This document shows positions 27,054 to 32,206 of a stretch of DNA of 32,206 nucleotides, piece by piece. Positions within the stretch are counted from its first letter, which is position 1. Each line of letters starts with the position of its first letter. The position numbers and the translations under genes were made by a program. Under the pieces are notes generated by a model. That model was not told where the DNA came from and did not search any database. It saw nothing but the letters and a program-made list of their open reading frames with translations. The stretch comes from Candidatus Avelusimicrobium sp. (GTDB lineage: Bacteria; Elusimicrobiota; Elusimicrobia; Elusimicrobiales; Elusimicrobiaceae), in NCBI GenBank assembly GCA_045588685.1, contig JAZNEO010000178.1:1-32206 (forward strand), read 5' to 3'.

Positions 27054-28144
27054 AAGCATTTAATGATGTATACCGTGGAAAAACAGTTTTAGTGACCGGG
27101 CATACCGGTTTTAAAGGAAGTTGGTTATCTATTTGGTTGACCTGTTTGGGCGCCAAGGTAGTCGGATATGCATTAGATCCTTATTCCCAACGCAGCAATT
27201 ATTGTGCCTCTCACCTTGAAAATCATTTATTTGCCGATGAACGCGGCGATATGCGCGATAGCGCCCGTTTAGAAGAAGTAATTGCCAAATATAAACCGGA
27301 AATCATTTTCCACTTGGCGGCACAGGCTTTGGTGCGGACTTCTTACCAAAATCCGAAATATACTTACGAGACCAATTTAATGGGTTCGCTAAATTTATTA
27401 GAAGCCGTGCGGAAATTTGATTTTATCAAAACGGTCATTATGATTACTTCCGACAAATGCTATGAGAACGTAGAACAAATTTGGGGTTACAAAGAAACCG
27501 ACCGTATGGGCGGATATGACCCTTATTCTTCTTCTAAAGGTTGTACGGAATTAATGATTTCCTCGTACCGTAATTCTTTCTTCAATCCCAAAGATTATGC
27601 CAAGCATGGTAAAGCGATTGCTTCCGTGCGCGCCGGAAACGTTATCGGCGGCGGAGACTGGAGCGATAACCGGTTGATCCCTGATTGTATTCGCTACATT
27701 GAGGAAGGAAAAGATATTGAAATACGTAGCCCGCATGCCACCCGCCCTTGGGAACATGTACTAGAACCGTTGTCCGGCTATTTGCGCGTTGGACAAAAAT
27801 TGATGGAAGATCCGGTCGGGTATGCCCAAGGATTTAACTTCGGCCCTTCCATTGAATGCAACAAAACCGTATGGGAAGTAGTGGAATACTTAGTCAAATA
27901 CTACGGAAAAGGCAAAGTGGTAGATGTATCCGGTGCGGAAATGGTGCATGAAAATACTTTACTGAGTTTAGACGTAACCAAAGCCTACCGCATGTTGCAA
28001 TGGAAAGCAATGCTTAATTTGCATGAAGCAATTGAATTTACAGTAGATTGGTATAAAGAAGCGTTGCATAAAGATGATATGTTTGAATTCTGCCAAAAGC
28101 AAATTCAGGCGCATATGGATAAAGGTTATCTGTGGGAACGGTAA
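27050..28144 (+). CDS. rfbG: CDP-glucose 4,6-dehydratase
   Basis: VTGHTGFKGSWL, HLAAQALVR, TSDKCYEN, DPYSSSK, RAGNVIGGGDW, RPWEHVLEPLSGY. Confidence 0.96.
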   Translation: MKAFNDVYRGKTVLVTGHTGFKGSWLSIWLTCLGAKVVGYALDPYSQRSNYCASHLENHLFADERGDMRDSARLEEVIAKYKPEIIFHLAAQALVRTSYQNPKYTYETNLMGSLNLLEAVRKFDFIKTVIMITSDKCYENVEQIWGYKETDRMGGYDPYSSSKGCTELMISSYRNSFFNPKDYAKHGKAIASVRAGNVIGGGDWSDNRLIPDCIRYIEEGKDIEIRSPHATRPWEHVLEPLSGYLRVGQKLMEDPVGYAQGFNFGPSIECNKTVWEVVEYLVKYYGKGKVVDVSGAEMVHENTLLSLDVTKAYRMLQWKAMLNLHEAIEFTVDWYKEALHKDDMFEFCQKQIQAHMDKGYLWER

Positions 28145-29400
28145 TTTTAGGAAGTGGAATTGCCGGTTTGTCTGCGGGCTTCCATCTTAAAAAGGCAAAT
28201 AAACCCAGCGTTATTTACGAAAAGGCAAACGACTGGGGCGGCTTGTGCGGAAACTTTACCATAGAAGGGTTTCGCTTCGACCGTTTTGTCCATTTTACTT
28301 TTACCGATGATCCTTACATCAAAGGAATTTTCGAGAAATCTTCGCCTCTTTATGAACACCCACCCGTATCTAGCAATTATTATCAGGGTTGTTGGTTAAA
28401 GCATCCTGCCCAAAATAATTTGGCCCCATTACCAACGGAAGAGAAAGTAAAAATTATTGCCGATTTTATTCAACGCCCGCATAAGGATATAGCTGATATT
28501 GCAAATTATGAAGAATGGCTACGCGTACAGTATGGCCATTACTTTGCAGAGCATTTTCCGTTTAAATATACCCGTAAATATTGGGGAATGGAGCCGCGTG
28601 ATTTAGAGACCAAATGGGTGGGTAACCGTATGCATTCGCCGAATTTGGCCGAGGTATTAAAAGGGGCATTTGAAGAGCAAAAAGAGAATTTTTACTACAC
28701 CAAATATATGCGCTATCCAAAACGCGGCGGCTTTCGTTCTATTTTAAATACGTGCCGAGAGGGATTGGATATTCAGTTCAATAAGGAAGTGGTGCAAATT
28801 GATCCGCAAGCCAAAACCGTTGCATTTGCCGATGGCTCCGTGCAGACTTATACGCGGTTAATTTCCAGCTTGCCTTTGCCGGAAATGGCACGTTTGGTAA
28901 AAGATATGCCAAAAGAGGTTCAACAGGCAGCGGCTGCTTTGCATAATACGTGCGGGTATATGGTATCACTTGGATTTAAGCGTCCGGATGTAGCTAAATA
29001 TCTATGGTTTTACATTTATGATGAAGATATTTTGCCGGCACGTGTCTATTCGCCGAGTATGAAGTCCCCGGATAATGTACCCAGCGGATGCAGTTCCTTA
29101 CAGGCCGAAATTTTCTTTGATTGCAAGAAACCCGTCCCTGCCTCGGATGTTGTGTTGCAAAATACGATTGAAAAATTATCCGCTATGGGATTGTTTAAAC
29201 CGGAAGAAATCGCAGTACAGGATATTCGTTTTGAAAAGTATGCCAACATTACGTTTGATAAGGATATCTACAAAAACCGGCAAATAGTATTGGATTATTT
29301 AAAATCAGTGGGTGTAGAGTCTATTGGCCGTTTCGGTAAATGGGATTATTATTGGACACATCAAGCCTTTGCAAGCGGACAGGAGGTGGCAGGTGAATAA
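28132..29400 (+). CDS. FAD-dependent oxidoreductase, NDP-pyranose mutase-like (Glf/WbyH-like)
   Basis: ILGSGIAGLSA...IYEK...WGGLC, YTRKYW, RYPKRGGF, SIGRFGKWDY; sugar-nucleotide operon context. Confidence 0.72.
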   Translation: MGTVILGSGIAGLSAGFHLKKANKPSVIYEKANDWGGLCGNFTIEGFRFDRFVHFTFTDDPYIKGIFEKSSPLYEHPPVSSNYYQGCWLKHPAQNNLAPLPTEEKVKIIADFIQRPHKDIADIANYEEWLRVQYGHYFAEHFPFKYTRKYWGMEPRDLETKWVGNRMHSPNLAEVLKGAFEEQKENFYYTKYMRYPKRGGFRSILNTCREGLDIQFNKEVVQIDPQAKTVAFADGSVQTYTRLISSLPLPEMARLVKDMPKEVQQAAAALHNTCGYMVSLGFKRPDVAKYLWFYIYDEDILPARVYSPSMKSPDNVPSGCSSLQAEIFFDCKKPVPASDVVLQNTIEKLSAMGLFKPEEIAVQDIRFEKYANITFDKDIYKNRQIVLDYLKSVGVESIGRFGKWDYYWTHQAFASGQEVAGE

Positions 29401-30481
29401 ATCTATCTCTCCTGCTCCGGTATGGAAGGATAATTACACCGCAATTGCTATGAGCAGTAGCGATGAGTATGTGCCGTATTTGTCGGTTTGTTTGCAATCG
29501 TTAAAAAATCATGCCAGTGCATCTCACCGGTATGATATTTTGGTGTTTGAACGCTCGATTACGCTGGAGCATAAGCAAATCCTTTTGCAGCAGATGCAAG
29601 CCGAAAATATTTCTTTGCGGTTTGTAAATCCGATGCCTGTGTTAAAATCTTATGATTTAAAATTCCCGCCGCACTATAATCTGGAATGTTATTTTCGTTT
29701 GACTACTCCGCTCATTTTGCCTGATTATTCCAAAATTATTTTTACCGATGTTGACTTAATTTTTCAGCGCGATATACAACAACTGTATCATACGCCTTTA
29801 GATAAGGGATTGGCCGCTTGCCAAGATTTGGTGTGGGATGCATTCTGTGATAATCCGAAAAAGAATGAAAAAAACTATGCTCTGACCGAACTGGAACTTA
29901 AAAATCCGTACATGTACTTTAATACGGGGGTATTGTTGTTGAACTTAGATTATTTCCGGCAACATGATGTTTCTCGCCAATTGCTAGAAATGGCAAATGC
30001 AAAAATGTACCGGATTTTAGAGCAAGACATTTTGAATAAATTTTTTAAGGAAAACATTGTATATTTAAAGGATTATTGGAACTTTCCTACCTTAAATGCC
30101 AGCTATGCCGCCTGTATGCAACAAGTGAAAGATCCTTCCATTTCGCAACGTTATCAGCAGGCGCGCCAAGAGGCGGCAATCGTTCATTGGGCCGGGGCCG
30201 GAAAAGCTTGGAATGATCCGGAAGCGGATTTGGCTTATAAATGGTGGATGGTGGCTCGTCAGACACCTTTTTATGAAGAAATTTTAAACCGATTGTTTTT
30301 CAAAGGCGTGCAGTCTTTGGCCGTGCAAACAAAAGAGGCTTTTTTGTATCCTACCCATAAAATAGAGTACAGTCGGGCATCATTACTTGCCTGTCTTACT
30401 TGGGGAAAGAAAAAGACACATTATGAAACTAAAAAGGGCCAATTAAAACATAGACTGAACGTAGGAAAAATATTGAGGTAG
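29393..30481 (+). CDS. Glycosyltransferase family 8
   Basis: GTG start at 29393 with AGGAGG SD; YFRL, FTDVD, YFNTGV, EQDILN, HWAGAGKAW. Confidence 0.9.
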   Translation: MNKSISPAPVWKDNYTAIAMSSSDEYVPYLSVCLQSLKNHASASHRYDILVFERSITLEHKQILLQQMQAENISLRFVNPMPVLKSYDLKFPPHYNLECYFRLTTPLILPDYSKIIFTDVDLIFQRDIQQLYHTPLDKGLAACQDLVWDAFCDNPKKNEKNYALTELELKNPYMYFNTGVLLLNLDYFRQHDVSRQLLEMANAKMYRILEQDILNKFFKENIVYLKDYWNFPTLNASYAACMQQVKDPSISQRYQQARQEAAIVHWAGAGKAWNDPEADLAYKWWMVARQTPFYEEILNRLFFKGVQSLAVQTKEAFLYPTHKIEYSRASLLACLTWGKKKTHYETKKGQLKHRLNVGKILR

Positions 30482-30484
30482 AAA

Positions 30485-31588
30485 ATGAAAGAATTACCGG
30501 ATCCAATAAGTCCCGTATGGGATAGTCCATGTGTAGCATTGGCTATGAGCAGCAGTCAACAGTATGCTCCTTATTTATGTGTGTGTTTACAGTCTATCAA
30601 AGAACACGCAGATCCGGCGTGTAAGTATGATATTGTGATATTTACCTCTGAAATGAATGAGGAAACAAAGCGGATCATTACAGAACATATTTCAAATGAA
30701 CATATCTCCGTGCGCTATGTTAATCCCAAAAAATATTTTGAACATATTCCTCTGTTTATTTCTCATTCTTATTTTAAGGAAGAATGTTATTACCGATTGG
30801 TAGCACCCTTGATTTTTAAGCAATATCAAAAGGTTTTATTTACAGATATTGACCTAATTTTTACTGAAGATGTGCAAAAACTATACCATACAGATTTAGC
30901 CGGCAAACCAATCGCTGCTACGATTGATTTGTTATGGCACGGTATTATTCGAAAAACCCCCTCTTTAGAAACTAAATACGCTCGAGAAACGCTCGGATTA
31001 GCAGATCCGTATAAATACGTAAATACAGGGGTTATGTTAATGGATATTGCATCATGCTTAACCCGTCAATTACCACAGGCCACACTTGCGTTGGTTTCTT
31101 CTCATAAATACGAAACGCAGGAACAATGCGCGATTAATGCTTTTTTAAAGGAAGATATTTGTTATTTAGATCCTCGTTGGAATGTAGCCGTCCAACCCCA
31201 ATGGGTAAAAGAAATCATGACACACATGCCGGCGCAAAGCTTGGCTACTTTTCAGACGGCCTATTCACAGGCCAAGGTGTGGCATTTTATGGGCGGTGCT
31301 AAACCGTGGGATAATCTGCAAGAAGATAAGAGTACGCTATGGTGGCAATATGCTCGTCGGACTCCTTTTTATGAGCAAATTTTATACCGGCTCTATGTCC
31401 GGCCCCTTCATGCATTAAGTGTGCAATCACACGAAGCGTTCGCGTATCCCCGAACGAGATGGTCCTATTGGAGAGCCAAATGGTTAAGTAAAATGACATG
31501 TGGCGAAAAAAAGAAACATTACCAAAACAAAAAAACAACCCTAAAAAGACGTATCCAGATTGGGAAAATATTGAGGAAAAAGGATTAA
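30485..31588 (+). CDS. Glycosyltransferase family 8
   Basis: YYRL, FTDID, YVNTGV, QEQCAIN, HFMGGAKPW. Confidence 0.9.
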   Translation: MKELPDPISPVWDSPCVALAMSSSQQYAPYLCVCLQSIKEHADPACKYDIVIFTSEMNEETKRIITEHISNEHISVRYVNPKKYFEHIPLFISHSYFKEECYYRLVAPLIFKQYQKVLFTDIDLIFTEDVQKLYHTDLAGKPIAATIDLLWHGIIRKTPSLETKYARETLGLADPYKYVNTGVMLMDIASCLTRQLPQATLALVSSHKYETQEQCAINAFLKEDICYLDPRWNVAVQPQWVKEIMTHMPAQSLATFQTAYSQAKVWHFMGGAKPWDNLQEDKSTLWWQYARRTPFYEQILYRLYVRPLHALSVQSHEAFAYPRTRWSYWRAKWLSKMTCGEKKKHYQNKKTTLKRRIQIGKILRKKD

Positions 31589-31592
31589 GAAT

Positions 31593-32206
31593 ATGAGTCA
31601 TCCCATTCACATTTCAGTCATTACGCCGATTTATAACCATAACGCTCAATTTGTAAGACAATGTTTGGACAGCTTGGCTGCGCAGACCTTGCGTGAAATG
31701 GAATTTATTTTAGTAGATAACGGAGCTACTGAGCAAGGCAAACAGTTAATTGAAGAATATGTGCAGAAGGACGCGCGTTTTAGAGCTATTTATTTTGAAC
31801 AAAATCAGGGACTTGGCAAAGCCCTCAATGCGGGGATCCGTGTGGCAAAGGGTGAATATGTGGGGATGGTAGAGTCTGACGATTATGTGTCAGAAGATAT
31901 GTTTGCCTCTTTATACCAGGATACATTAGCCGAAAAACCAGATATTGTTAAAGCCTTGTATACATCGGTGTATGATGAACAAAAAGAAGTATTAGAAAAT
32001 AATTTTGACTACACGGAATGGGGCAAAACCCTACAGGGGCAGGGGAAATGTTTTCATTTAATTGCCAAACATGTATCCCACTGGAGCGGTATTTATAAAA
32101 AAACTTTTCTGGAAAAACATAATATTTGGTTCCACGAAACTCCCGGCGGCGCTTCTCAGGATTTTGGATTTATGTTGCGTTGTTATGCTTGGGCTCAGAC
32201 GGTACA
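31593..32206 (+). CDS. GT2 glycosyltransferase, 3'-truncated by window edge (not in ORF track)
   Basis: Manual translation MSHPIHISVITPIYNHNAQFVRQCLDSLAAQTLREMEFILVDNG...GMVESDD; paralog of the 12977 ORF. Confidence 0.9.
   Translation, partial: MSHPIHISVITPIYNHNAQFVRQCLDSLAAQTLREMEFILVDNGATEQGKQLIEEYVQKDARFRAIYFEQNQGLGKALNAGIRVAKGEYVGMVESDDYVSEDMFASLYQDTLAEKPDIVKALYTSVYDEQKEVLENNFDYTEWGKTLQGQGKCFHLIAKHVSHWSGIYKKTFLEKHNIWFHETPGGASQDFGFMLRCYAWAQTV

Noticed and set aside
364-31610. Many short antisense or out-of-frame ORFs in the track (e.g. 4848-5258, 10094-10534, 21775-22335, 24442-24960)
   Set aside because: They are shadows of well-supported genes, with no recognisable motifs of their own.

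Overview
Bacterial chromosomal window, mostly housekeeping. Gene content and order suggest Elusimicrobiota (inference only). Left to right: 3' part of a fused ispDF, a lipoprotein and cysS; a convergent minus-strand operon hpf-hprK-rapZ-PTS(Man-family IIA/IIB/IIC/IID)-ptsH-ptsI-lepA; an unexplained ~230-nt highly structured element (11519-11751) ahead of an AT-rich GT8 + GT2 pair; a 74-aa basic two-repeat protein divergent from smc and a metallophosphoesterase; tRNA-Ala(GGC) followed by two tandem self-complementary units (146 and 127 bp), each ending in a copy of the tRNA 3' half; then a surface-glycan region (GT9, GT8, galE, interrupted by pfp, then rfbF, SDR reductase, rfbG, FAD mutase-like gene, two GT8 and a partial GT2). 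The two strongest candidates for novelty are non-coding: the tRNA-anchored rod/dumbbell-folding array (19721-20096) and the pseudoknotted structured RNA with a terminator/antiterminator choice (11519-11751). All pairings were derived by eye; no database searches or folding programs were run.
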